DNA from: Ptychomitrium polyphyllum
Taxonomy: Eukaryota
Direction of reading: 5' to 3'
Length of the DNA stretch: 64,000 nucleotides
Assembly: GCA_973851085.1 (NCBI GenBank)
Contig: OZ316775.1
Span: 11,098,001 to 11,162,000 of the forward strand
Shown here: positions 51,145 to 64,000 of the stretch, piece after piece
How positions within the stretch are numbered: position 1 is the first letter of the stretch
Layout: each line of letters opens with the position of its first letter
Translations under genes and position numbers: made by a program
The notes under the pieces: generated by a model
Seen by the model: the letters and a program-made list of their open reading frames with translations, nothing else
Database searches by the model: none
What the model was told of the DNA's origin: nothing

Positions 51145-52289
51145 TGTTGCAACCCTTGTAATCCACCTTAGAAAGCGTCATGCGCATTAACTGTGCACAC
51201 CCCCACATGCACATGGTTAACTTCTATTTTCACTCTTCAAGTCTTTCTATCATTTTTTTTAAGACACCTAAATGATTGGTAACCAATGGTTAGGTGCGGA
51301 CTTCCATTCATGTCCAAGGCCTCACTTGGTGTTACTCCCATTCCACATGGCCTAACCGCACTTAGTGGTGTCTCCTCACCACCACTCATGATACCCATGC
51401 AATCCTAAGATCACCCCGGGCCATCATGGTGCCGGCGTAAAGACACCACCCCAACCTAATGGTAACAAGCGTACCCTTTTAAACGTGCTAGTTCCCTCCA
51501 TGAAACCGGCCATCTTCCGGCTCACAATGGTGTGGGAGTCCCTGTGGTGAAGCTCCAACACTAGCTCCACTAACCGGGATTCACCCTTGGTCTCTACCGG
51601 GACACTAGGGGAGTGGGGAGGGGGACTAGCCCTCCCTTATAGTACTCTCTGTGGGATCCGGCAAGCCCCCTGGCCCTTTGTAGCTGGCTGAACCCCGACA
51701 CACCTAAAGTTTTGGAAGACCACCCTATCTCCCTTGGGACTTAGCCGCTAGAAGCCTCCGGGACTCCCAGTGGACCTTCAGGGAGCCATATCTTCCTTGT
51801 CCGGTGCCCAAATGTATCAAGCAACTACTCTATCGTCATTTACTCTTTGCGTAGATGCCGATAAACTCCTCAAACGTCCAATTTGAGTTAGTATTGTGGA
51901 AGATACACCTCTCCCAAGGTTTGGGACTCCCGAGGAGTCCCTCCCTGGACTGTCCCACTCCAGTATAGTCACTGTGTAGGGCTGCCACAGTCCAGAACAG
52001 CCCCTTGGCAACCCCAACTTTGGGATGCCATAACTTTTAGCTCCCTTGTCCAATTTGAGCAATCTTTAGCATTCTCAAATCAGTTCTTTGTGATTCCTCT
52101 AATGCCTACGATTTATCCCTCGTGGCCCTCGGTTTACATGGACAAGGATGTTTCTCCCCCTCGGGATCCTTCCTACGCTAGGCCCACTTGGTTCCTTTCA
52201 CTATCAATGCCACAAGTCCCGGACGTCACTCCGGGGTCCCCTTTGTGCCTTTAGTTTTGCGGGCACTCCTCAAGGAGAAGTGTGCAACA
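51145..52289 (-). repeat. 3' LTR of the nested gypsy element
   Basis: Direct repeat of 57750-58894 (offset 6605) and adjacent to the PPT. Confidence 0.95.
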
Positions 52290-52303
52290 CTCACCTCCAC
52301 CTT
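52290..52303 (-). other. Polypurine tract
   Basis: Minus strand AAGGTGGAGGTGAG lies immediately before the 3' LTR. Confidence 0.8.
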
Positions 52304-53078
52304 AATTGAGTCGATGCCTTCATCAACTATACTTGTAATTGGCACACCAATTCCAAGGTTGCCATCCTCTAGTGGTACTGCATTGTATTTCATCCAGGGT
52401 GCGACCCCCACAATGCACTCATAAGTCCTTGCCAAAGTCTTAAAGGTGTCGTTTAGGAGGTGATCTGTTTAGGCATCCTAGACAAAATTCCTAGGGCCCT
52501 AAACTACTCTAGATCTACCTACTTTAAGACTCTCTTGGGATAAACTCCCTAATCTGGCTACACTTACCTAACTCTACCTTCCTGACTAGAATGGACCTCA
52601 ATGCTCCACCAAGTTGTCTTGGTTGCAAACCCAAGGTGGCTTCTATTCCACGACTTAATCGCACAGAGGTAATGCCAAGTTCCATCCAACCTGGATCCCA
52701 CTATATCTATTGAGACATGGGTTCATGACTCCCATGCACTAACTTTTGTTAGTTTGTAGGAGTGTTGCTTTTATAAGCACGCGCCATTATCTTGTCCTCG
52801 CCCGGACAAGCCCGAGGCGAGGAGGTTTCATGGTTTTAACCATTCCTCCTTCCAACCTTGGTCCCCATTACTTGGCCTTTCCAACTTGGTTTCACATGTC
52901 TATTCCCCCTCTTCTACCAACTTAGCACAAGCACAAGTCTAGAACGTCATTTTATACTCTTCTCTTTGCACACACAAAAGTTGAACTTTATTGCCATAAG
53001 TCAAAGAACTAATACATGATATGAAGAAGTTACTGCTACAAGCCTCTCTCCACCTACTAAAAGAGATTGATGTCCTCA

Positions 53079-56000
53079 TCAATGCCGACGTTGTCTTTTG
53101 TTGGAGTTCCTATCCCTTTCAAAGCGTTCCACCACTTCATTGGCATTTTCCAAGTCCTTGGCTGCTACCCAAGTTGCTTCCTTTTCATGGTACCCTCTCC
53201 ACTTCACCAAATATTCTTTTCCTACTTTCTTGTGGTGCCTACACTTAAGAAACCCTTCTGCTTTGTATTCCAAGTGGTCGCCCACTAATTTCGGCGGTGG
53301 CCAAATCACTTGTTTGCGATTGGGCCACAAGGTATCTTATTTGAATGGCTTAAGGAGTGAGACATGAAATGTTGGATGCACTTTGATTTCGGGTGGTAGC
53401 TCCAACTTGTACACATCTTTAAACATCCGCTCCACAATGGAAAACGGCCCTGCAAACTTGGACATGAACTTTGGAGTGAGGCCTTCGGGCAAGCTAAAAT
53501 TCTTCACATTCAACAATACCTTTTGGCCTACTTCATACTCCACTTCACGTCTTCCGGCATTGATTTGTTTCTCGTACCGTTTTTGTACCTTTTCCAACAA
53601 AAGCTTGGTCTTCTCCAACATTTGTTCTCGCTTTCTGACCAAGTCCTCACCATCTTGGTTAAACTCTAGTATTGAATGTGTCCCTTCGAGAGCTAAGTTG
53701 GCACGCTGGAGTGGCTCTACTCCATAGGCCACCTTAATTGGCAACCGCTTTGTCGCCGAATGGTTGGCCGCATTGTAACTTAACTCCGCTAGGCTCACAT
53801 AATCCACCCAATCGCACTGGTCCGCACTCACAAAGTTCCTCAAGTATTGGTTCAAGACTCCGTTCACTTGTTCTGTTTGCCCATCCGTTTGAGGATGGAA
53901 GGCAGTACTAAACGTCAATTTGGTTCCAACTTTCCTAAAGAAATATTTTCAAAAAGCACTAGTGAATTTTGGATTTCGGTCCAACACAATCACTCTCGGC
54001 AACCCGTGATGTTTCCACCATGCATCAAGGAATAGCTTTGCGGTCTCATGTGCAGTTACGGTTCCTCTAGTTGGCACCATGTGCGCCAACTTGCTAAAGC
54101 GATCTACCATCACAAAAATGGCATCATGCCCTTGCAATTCCAGAAGACTTGTGATGAAGTCCATGGATATACTATGCCATGGACTCGGCGGAATTGGCAA
54201 AGGTTGTAGTAGACCGGCTTGCTTTTGGTAAGAGGCTCTATTGAATTGGCACTTCACACAAGTTTTCACAAAGTCGGTGATGTCCGCTTTCATGCCCGGC
54301 CAATAGTACCTTCTTGACACCGCCGCTATGGTGGTTTTTTCCCCTCTATGGCCGGCTATGGGACTATCATGTTCTTCTTTCAAAACCAACAACCGTAGTT
54401 TTCCTTGAGGCACATACACTCGACTTTGTTTGTACTTGAGCAATCCCTTCTCCAACTTAATTTCCTTAAGTTTCTTACCCTTCTTAAGCTCGCCGAAAAG
54501 CCTTTGTGCTTCGGAGTCCTTCATGTACCCCTGTCTTATCTTCCTTTCCAAATTGCCTTCTCCCTTATACATTACTTGCATGTACCCATTGCTTGCAACT
54601 CCTCCCGCCTACTTAGAGCATCCGGCACTACATTGTCACGCCCCGGCTTGTGGATCAAATCCACATTCATGAGTACCAAGGTGTCGTGCCACCTCAATTG
54701 TTTTGCACTCATTTGTGCTTGCGACTCAAAGTACTTCAAGGGCACGTTGTCCGTGTAGACTTTGGTTTTATGTAGGTCCAAGTAGTGCCGCCATGTTTTC
54801 AAACAATGCACTATAGCAAAGAGTTCTTTCTCGTGCGTGGGCCACCTCTTTTGGCATCCATCCAACTTCTTGCTCTCATAGGCAATTGGCATGCCTTCTT
54901 GCATGAGCACTCCGCCAATGGCAAAGTCACTTGCATCCGTGTGGACCTCAAAGGGCTTTTCAAACTCGGGAAACTTCAATACCAGTGGTTGTGACAACTT
55001 ATCCTTGAGTTCTTGAAAATCTTGGTGACAAAATCCATCCCATGCTTGGCTAGCTCCTTTCTTCAACAAATCGGACAAAGGTCTAGCAATTTTGGAAAAG
55101 TTGCATATGAACCTCCTATAATAATTTGCTAGGCCGAGAAATGATCTCAGCCCCTTCTATGTAGAAGGTTGTTTCCACTCTCTAATTGCCTTTATCTTCC
55201 TTATGTCCGACTTGATTCCATCATCCGTCACTATATGGCCCAAGAACTCAATTTTAAGTTGAGCAAACTCACTCTTTTTTCCATTGGCATAAAGTTTGTG
55301 GTCCCTAAGTTTTTGAAGCACCACTTCGAGGTGCCTTGCATGTTCTTCTGCCAACTTGGAATACACCAAGATGTCATCAATATAAACAATGACAAAGTCA
55401 TCCATCTCTTCTCAAAAGATGGTATTCATGAGGGTCGTGAACGTTGAAGGAGCATTACACAACCCAAATGGCATCACCAAAAATTCATAGGACCCATACC
55501 TAGTGCGGCATGCGGTCTTTGGCACATCTTCATCCGCGATGCAGATTTGATAGTAGCCCGACTTCAAGTCTATCCGACTAAAGTATTTAGTTCTCGCCAA
55601 TCTATCAAAGAGGTCATCAATGCGAGGCAAAGGATAATTGTTCTTGATGGTGGCTTTATTCAAGGCTCTATAATCAACACACATGTGGAGCTTGCCATCC
55701 TTTTTGTCCACAAAGAGGACCGGTGCTCCATATAACGATTTACTTGGAGTAATATAGCCACTTTCCAACAAGTCATTCAATTGCTTCTTCAAATCTTCTA
55801 ACTCTTTTTGGTTCAACCGGTATGGAGCCTTCAAAGGAGGCTCCGTTCCCAGCATCGCTTCAATTTTGTGATCCACTTCTCTTCTTGGCGGTAACTTTGC
55901 GGGCAGCTCATTGGTGAGCACATCCTTGTAACCACTTAGTACGTTTTGAATGCACTTGGGAATAGTTCTTACCTCCTTGGGACTTGGCCTATTCCCTTCT

Positions 56001-57697
56001 TCTTGTTCCATTTACATCACAACCACAAATTGATTATTCTCTAATTGTTCTAAGGAGACTAAGTTCAACTTTCCTCCCGCAACCATAAGAGTCCTAGTCA
56101 ACTTCAATATTGCCTCCTTCTTACCACGGCGCACTACTAACCGTGCTGGCTTTCGCTTCACATCTACCACATGAGTTGCGAAAAAGGTACCACCTAAAAT
56201 GAGGTCTACCTCATCCATTTCACATAGTGTAAAATTTTCCTTCAACTCCAATGCGCCACTACTTAAGGCCACATCCAACACCACCTCCTTCATCTCGTAC
56301 GGTTTTCCTTTTGCAAATTGCATGTTGATGGGCTTGCTAGCTTTTTGAGCCGACAAGCCCAACTCCCTTGCTAGCTTGGGACTCATGAAGGAGTGCGTTG
56401 CTTTTGTGGCAATCATACATGAGACATTTTTGCCATTTATTTGAGCCTCAAGGTATAAGAGGCTCGACCTTGGCTTAAGGCTACTAGCCTTAGCCTCAAA
56501 TCCACCTTCTAAAATGTGATCCACAACACAAGTGTGACAAGTTTTGGTACTCACCTTTTTATCGGGGCACTCCGCAATGAAGTGACCAATCTTGCCACAC
56601 CCGTGGCAACACTTGTGCTTCACCTTAGCACCCTTATTTCCCAATTTGAATGGTTTTCTCTCATAATGGTCCATTTTGTTGTAGGTCCTCCCCTCTACTT
56701 GTCCCTTGTGTTTGTTTCCAAAGCCAAATTTATTGCGTTCTCCGCCGCAAGATATATTTCGGCTCAATCCACTTTGATGAGAGGTACCACTTGATTTTCT
56801 TTCGGATCCGTTGGTTTCAATTCTTTTTGCAATCTTAATGATTCCCGCCACGTCCTCCGAAAGCTTTGGGAACTTGAACAAGGTGTCCACCACCCACTTT
56901 TTAAGCCCATCCAAAAAGATGCATTTCTTTAAAAACTCATCCATTTTGAATGTGGCATTCATTTGGGTGTTGAAATCTTGCACATAAGTCTTGAGCAACC
57001 CGGTGTGCCTCATTTGCACCAAGTTCATGCCCTCCCTCAACTCTTGGTATTCCGAAGTGAAGCGTTCACTCAAAATCTCTTTAAAACCGACCCAAGATAA
57101 AGCCGCCATCAACTCCGGCTCTTGCTCCTTTTTACTTGTCCACCATTGAAGAGCCTAGACCTTTAGAAAGGTTACCGCAATTGAAACCTTGTCCTCCTCG
57201 TCCAACTTTTAAATATCATAATAATTGTCCATTTCCAAAAGAAACTCCTTCACCTTCCTGGCTTTAACAAGCCTAGAAAAAGTGCTGGGCATATTCACCT
57301 TGGGTAACTTCTTCGTTTAAGATGAGGACCTGGAACCTTGTGCCATCAAGTGCTCAATCAACCTCTCTTGACGGGTCTTTTTTTCTTTGCCACGCTTGAG
57401 TTTTTAGTTCACACCATCCATGAACTCGAGCATTTTCATGCAAAAACTTAAGTCGGGGTCCTGACTTTCTAGGCCTTCAGGTGGCTTAGGAATCTTAATT
57501 CCCGAGTACTCTCCACCCTCCAACGCTTTGTCTTGTTGAATTTCCTCAACTTCCTCGGTGCCTCCAATGTCATTCCCTTGCTCATTGGAATCAAAGGATG
57601 GAGCCTCATTAATCGGATCGGGGTCTTTGTTCACCCTTATGCGTAGTCGTTTAGAGGCCCCAAGCTCACCGCCATCATTGGCCTTCTTCTTACCCAT
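53079..57697 (-). pseudogene. Disrupted gag-pol of the nested gypsy element
   Basis: Zinc knuckle CHGCGKIGHFIAECP, mutated protease site IATKATHSF, RT YIDDILVY, RNaseH HTDASDFAIGG, integrase HHCC and FHPQTDGQTE, GPF motif, chromodomain YLVKWRGY...ATW. In-frame stops near 56012, 55412 and 55157, plus frameshifts. Confidence 0.92.
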
Positions 57698-57735
57698 AGC
57701 CTCCTTGCAACGTAGCACTTGAATACTCAAAACCT

Positions 57736-57747
57736 GCTCTGATACCA
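57736..57747 (-). other. Primer binding site for initiator tRNA-Met
   Basis: Minus strand TGGTATCAGAGC begins 2 nt after the 5' LTR. Confidence 0.92.
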
Positions 57748-57749
57748 AA

Positions 57750-58894
57750 TGTCGCAACCCTTATAATCCACCTTAGAAAGCGTCACCTGCATCAACCGTG
57801 CATACCCCCACATGCACATGGTTAACTTCTATTTTCACTCTTCAAGTCTTTCTATCATTTTTTTTAAGACACCTAAATGATTGGTAACCAATGGTTAGGT
57901 GCGGACTTCCATTCATGTCCAAGGCCTCACTTGGTGTTACTCCCATTCCACATGGCCTAACCGCACTTAGTGGTGTCTCCTCACCACCACTCATGATACC
58001 CATGCAATCCTAAGATCACCCCGGGCCATCATGGTGCCGGCGTAAAGACACCACCCCAACCTAATGGTAACAAGCGTACCCTTTTAAACGTGCTAGTTCC
58101 CTCCATGAAACCGGCCATCTTCCGGCTCACAATGGTGTGGGAGTCCCTGTGGTGAAGCTCCAACACTAGCTCCACTAACCGGGATTCACCCTTGGTCTCT
58201 ACCGGGACACTAGGGGAGTGGGGAGGGGGACTAGCCCTCCCTTATAGTACTCTCTGTGGGATCCGGCAAGCCCCCTGGCCCTTTGTAGCTGGCTGAACCC
58301 CGACACACCTAAAGTTTTGGAAGACCACCCTATCTCCCTTGGGACTTAGCCGCTAGAAGCCTCCGGGACTCCCAGTGGACCTTCAGGGAGCCATATCTTC
58401 CTTGTCCGGTGCCCAAATGTATCAAGCAACTACTCTATCGTCATTTACTCTTTGCGTAGATGCCGATAAACTCCTCAAACGTCCAATTTGAGTTAGTATT
58501 GTGGAAGATACACCTCTCCCAAGGTTTGGGACTCCCGAGGAGTCCCTCCCTGGACTGTCCCACTCCAGTATAGTCACTGTGTAGGGCTGCCACAGTCCAG
58601 AACAGCCCCTTGGCAACCCCAACTTTGGGATGCCATAACTTTTAGCTCCCTTGTCCAATTTGAGCAATCTTTAGCATTCTCAAATCAGTTCTTTGTGATT
58701 CCTCTAATGCCTACGATTTATCCCTCGTGGCCCTCGGTTTACATGGACAAGGATGTTTCTCCCCCTCGGGATCCTTCCTACGCTAGGCCCACTTGGTTCC
58801 TTTCACTATCAATGCCACAAGTCCCGGACGTCACTCCGGGGTCCCCTTTGTGCCTTTAGTTTTGCGGGCACTCCTCAAGGAGAGGTGCACGACA
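57750..58894 (-). repeat. 5' LTR of the nested gypsy element
   Basis: Direct repeat of 51145-52289 and adjacent to the PBS. Confidence 0.95.
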
Positions 58895-61800
58895 CTTAAG
58901 AATGTTCTGGAAGTCTAGGGAATCTTCCCAAGTAGTTTTCCTAAGATGTTTGGAATTTTCCTAAAAGTCTTTTAAAGAGTTGGAACCTTCTTTGGAAGTT
59001 TCCTAAGGTAACGGAACCTTCCTAGGAAGTTTTGTAGGAAGTTATCTAAGATGATAGAACCTCCCTAGGAAGTTTCCTAAGGCGGGGGAACTTTCCTAGG
59101 GAGCTTCCTAAGAACTTGGAAAAACTATGGAGACATCTAAAAGTATCATAAGAAGCTATTATAGTATAGTAGAAGGTTCTAGAATGTTCTAAGGACTATG
59201 TTGCATGATCTATGTCCGTGACAACAATAATGTTAATTAGCCATATGATAATGTGCCATTTTTCAAATAAAAAAATTAAATTATATATCTAATTGAAAGA
59301 TGCTTATTAAAATTTAGCATTTGGAATAGAAATAGGATGTTATTCTAGTAATCTTGTTCAAAGTAGAAGAACATCAAATTAAAGAATGATGTGGCACTTT
59401 GATTTATTTTGTTTTTTTAAAATTAGCATTGTTTCCTAAAGAATTTTCTAGTTATAAGCAACAATGAAGTTTCCATTGTATTGGATTCAAAATTGCATCC
59501 ATCCTTGATAACTGATATTTTACCATTTTCTTTGCAGGTCAAGCGTCTTAAAAAGATGATGGATAAAATATCCTCAAATGCAAGTTCCAATGTTAAATAG
59601 GACTATTTGAGAACTCATCCACTTTGTTTCAAATGGTGGGCAATTATTTACTTCTAAATCTAGACTATTATATTGGGTTATATACTCTAATATAGGTGGT
59701 GAAATATTTTTATTTTCAAACATGTGCTTTAATCATAAATTCAAATGAAGTGAAGGAAAAATAAGATTGTGGATGAGTGTTTAAATAAAATAAGGGTTGG
59801 AATTTTCAAATAACTTTAATGTATGTAGATTACAATTTATTACAAGCTCACAATATTTTTTAAATTTGATTGGTTGAAACTATTGATGAATGTTTCTGCA
59901 TGCAATGAAAGTTCAATTTTTATTATGATGATTAATAATAATATCAATAATGAGAGTGAAATACAAAATTACCAAACAAGCATAAACAACATAAATTAAA
60001 TCCAAACTTTTTTCAACTATTTTAAATTTTTTAACATTAAATTCATGTGCATATTCAAAAAATCTATTAAAATTACAAAACTTAGCAAATATTTTAATAC
60101 AAAACTATCAAAAGTTGCTAAAGAATTTGTATATTTGTTATTAGAATATTAAAGGTTAAAAAATTTATACACATATTTATTCATTTATTTTCTATATTTT
60201 ATCATAATAAAAAGATCCAAAATTTCTTTTTCAAAATAATTTATTCAAACTTAAATATTTCTATACACTTACATAATATAGTAAATGGTTTTTACTGAAT
60301 CTAAATTTTTTTGAAAAATGTGGTTTGTCAAATTAACAAAGAAAAGCTTTCATACTATTAAAGTTGAACCTTTAAATTTTAAACATATTTATTTATGAAA
60401 GGGAGATATTGGTCTTTATTTAGAAGTTGCAAAATATCATGATGAAAGCACTTTTAATTTGCTTCTTCTTAACAAAAAAAGGTTCCAACTCCAAAGACGT
60501 TCTTTAAATTTACTCAAATCAAATTTCTAATAAAATATGTAATTTTAAATTTAATATGTATATGATATATGGAAAAGTTTAAAAGGCTAAATTTAGAGTT
60601 GTTTTTTAGCATTAAAAATATTTTGAAGACTTCTATAGTATCTATTATTTACATCCACTTAATTTCCATTTGAATTCCAATTGCTTTCAATACCTCCATT
60701 GTCTTTTCAATATTATAATATAATGTAAATGAGCCCTATTTATCTTTATAATGAAGATTGACAACTTTCTTTAAGAAATTGAGTCATTTATTACCTATAA
60801 GGCAATAAAAAATTTTAATCAGGTTATCCATCTCTTTCATCCATTCATTTTGGTTTTAAAATGTTCAACTTTATATGACAAAATTTAACTTTTTATCTAG
60901 AATTTCTTTGTTAAAAAATACTATTAACCAAATGATACAAATGTTTAAAATTCAATGTTCTTAATTCATTAAGATGGAGGTTTTTCTTCATGAATTGGTG
61001 GTTTTTTTTTGTAGAAATCTAAATTTAATATACATTATTGTACATAATCAATAAATATAAAAGTACATTTATAAACGTAGTCAAGGAAAAACAAATTTAT
61101 GGTAATTTGGAAATAAGGAAAAATCCTAACAAATGGAAGCATGTAAAGAAATAAAATATAAATGTTGTATAATATGTGACTTTTGTATTCTTAATAAAAC
61201 TTGAATAAAAAGAATAAATGAAAAATTGATTAGAATTGGATTTGTAGAAATTGTACATTTAGTCAAACTTTCAAAAAATGGTTTAGATCTTGAAATAAGA
61301 AATTCAAAAGGACTAAATTTGAAACATTCATCAAAAGTTTTAATTTTTCTTTCTAAATTTGAAATTTGAAATAATGTTCAAAATCAGATTTTATCTTCGG
61401 AAAAAAAATTCTTTTATAAATGAATAAAACATGATTGCATGATTTCTTTAATGCAATTAGAAGAGTTTTGATGTATTTTACTTTGAAAAGCATCCTTAGT
61501 GAGGGTTTCGTTTGAATGGTATGATTCAAGTAATAAGCTGAAGTGGAAAGTGAACTCAATTTTGAATTCATGTGTGTATTTAATTTTTTTTTAAAAATGC
61601 TAATTTTGAAAGGCCCATAGAAATAGAGGCACCAAAAAATATCTACTAATTACTTCAGGAATATACTTTCCTTCAGTTTTAGCCTCAAAACTCCACAAAG
61701 TTTCTCTTTGTCATCAAAAAGCTCTTTCAAGCCAAGCCATAGTTCTCCATACATATTCTTGCCAACAATTTCATTATTCAGAAATAGTGATTGCAAGAAA

Positions 61801-64000
61801 GACCATTCTTGGGACAAAAAAGAGAATGTGCCATTTGGAGCTTAAATTGAAAATGCTGGTTCTTCTCAGAATAATTCTGTTATTTTCATACCTTTTGAAT
61901 TTTCTAATTTTGCAAATGGAAAACGATCACTTGACCTTTTTCGATTTTGTTTATTTATTTAAATTTTATTTACTTATTTATTTGCTTCTGCTCATTCTTG
62001 CAGTAGTGTCAAGCTAAGGCAAAACCGCTGCAGTCATCCAGTTCCACAAAGGGCAGACATTTACAATGGAAACTTCAGCTGGTAGGTGAAGATATTTAAC
62101 ATCATAGAACATAACTTATTATAAAACCATATTCTCCATATTGTTGTAACATAGAGGTGCATAGGTCACATGAGCGGAATCCAGAAGGTGACGATTTGAG
62201 ACATTGGAGTGAATATGTGCTTGCAAGTGACCTGATTGAGGTTTTCAATTGTAAACTACAAGTAGCAGTGGCTTGCAAAGCACCAACTTGGTGGAGTGCT
62301 TTCTGGATGCAAGATATCCCAACTGATTGATTGCAAATGCCAGAGTTCAACTCTGAGGGCCCCAGTTTCTGAGCTCCTATAGGGTAAAATTCTTGGTTCG
62401 GTGAAAAGGGAGTTCTCACCAACCACGCCCTCACTGGGGACAATACAGAGTTAATGCCCTGCACCAGCTCCTTAGAAATCCAGTCGCTCTAATTTATCGC
62501 CAGGGAATTCACCGAAGCCTCCAAGTGCTTTTGCTTTGTGTGTAATGCACAAGTCTCAAGATTGCGTCACGTGTCCTCGCAGTGAGTAATTTCTGCATGT
62601 TGGGGTAGAACAAAGGGTTTAGACTCACTAAATGATTTTCTGGGTGGTGGCCAGGATGTAGGCATATGTGAATTTCAATTCCATGTAACAAGATGAATTT
62701 CAATTTAAAACAGGCCCAAAGTCCAAGAGTGAAGACTGTTTGACTTGAGTTGACAGTAAATTTTCTATGCCCACTAGTTCCGCGGCTATCGGTAGGGCCC
62801 GGCTTAGTGCACTGCCCTGTGCTCCCCCTATATGATCTCCAACCTGCTGTATTCTAATCACAAGTACAGTCCTAGACCATTTCTGTGTGACTGCACTTGC
62901 AGTTTTCCTACCTCTGTTCATTCTTTCGGAAGCTAGGCTTCTCTTTGTGTGAGATATCTAAGAACTTCCATACTTTCACAGCAAGTTGGTGGCACAGTAA
63001 TCACCAGCTCACTAGCTTCGTGACTTTTAGGCGGGAGTTTCCATGTTCACAGTTCACAGCTTGTGTACAAGTGATTTTTAAGTTATCGTCCCTGCTGAAT
63101 TTCTGATTCTTTAACCCCATCTTCGACACTCTCGGTGCACATATCCTGGATTCATAGTCTGGATTCATATATCAATGTATCATTTTTTCATCAGAGATTG
63201 CGGAAGGTAGCTGACAAACGTAGCAAAGGTAAACCAGACTTGCTAGTGAACTATCAATGTATTGGTGTGGTGAAGCAGAATTTCCAGAATTGGCTCGGCC
63301 ATCGTTCTGTAAGTTAATAAATCAAGCTATTATTTCATGGATTGCTGACTTTCAATTATTCATAGATTTGGATTCAACATTTAAACTTGCAGTAAGCTTC
63401 CTGCAGGTATATATATACATAAAGAGAGAGAGAGACAACGGCAGGAAATCCAATTAGACCTGGGACCTGATCAAGGACAACTTCATTTACAACTGCTGGA
63501 TACACTAACCTCCAGTTGGAATTCTGAGGCTAGTACTGTGAGCAAGCCGAAAATGCGCGTAGACCTGACCAAGCCAATTGTTGCTCAAGTGAGTAGCATA
63601 TGATGTCATGCACATTAAGCCACAACTAAATGCTGCATACTTCATATTTTTTCTACTCTAATGTTGTGTAGTTTACGTGTATACAGCGCACCATCTCCTC
63701 ACCGTATGTTATGAAACTACTGGTACATGAAATGCGTTTGGAATGTTTAGAACGAACTGAAACTGAATTCTATTGAGGGTACTGGTTTACATATTGAGTG
63801 TCGCAATTGTGATGCACAGTATTCTGATCGATCAGCAGGTCATGGACTCATGTTCAGTTAAGAGTTCATTCATTTTTTAATTATTCAAGATCGCATGCAT
63901 GATACTCTGGAAACATAAATTACAAGAATATTGAGTTTCTTTTCACCTGTAGTTGGGTAGCACTGTATACCATTATAATTGTCAAATATTCAGGTGCAAT

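Larger units (their letters stand above)
51145..58894 (-). mobile_element. Full-length Ty3/gypsy chromovirus (Galadriel-like by motif), 7.75 kb, coding-defective
   Basis: 1145-bp LTRs at 51145-52289 and 57750-58894 (TG..CA), TSD CTTAA at 51140-51144 and 58895-58899, tRNA-Met PBS, PPT, and gag-PR-RT-RH-INT-chromodomain order. Confidence 0.95.
50915..59223 (-). mobile_element. Solo LTR (about 555 bp: 50915-51144 plus 58900-59223) split by a nested element
   Basis: TG...CA ends with a 5-bp TSD ACAAT at 50910-50914 and 59224-59228. Both halves match the LTR at 40912-41586 in the opposite orientation. Confidence 0.9.

Noticed and set aside
51817..52062. Identical 81-aa ORFs here and at 58422-58667
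   Set aside because: A by-product of the LTR duplication with a non-ATG start and no domain.

Overview
Eukaryotic land-plant genomic DNA, most likely a moss such as Physcomitrium or a relative; this is inferred from the GT-AG spliced plant genes, very AT-rich intergenic DNA and chromoviral gypsy elements. From left to right the window holds: an AT-rich 841-codon orphan ORF open at the window edge; a minus-strand cluster of seven box C/D snoRNA candidates (snoR22-like, U36a, U14, one orphan, two snoR30/SNORD100-like copies, snoR12-like) apparently carried in a spliced non-coding host transcript; a RUS/DUF647 gene; a STOP1-like C2H2 transcription factor; a base-exchange phosphatidylserine synthase; an intronless adenylate kinase; an NHL/LEA_2 gene; a serine decarboxylase; decayed gypsy and copia remnants; an uncharacterised two-exon gene; and a full-length chromodomain gypsy element nested in a solo LTR, both with intact TSDs. 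The most notable signals are the snoRNA host locus, where D boxes double as apparent branch points, an LTR pair that is identical in its core but divergent at both ends, and the orphan ORF. All calls were made by eye and rRNA targets were matched from memory; no searches were run.
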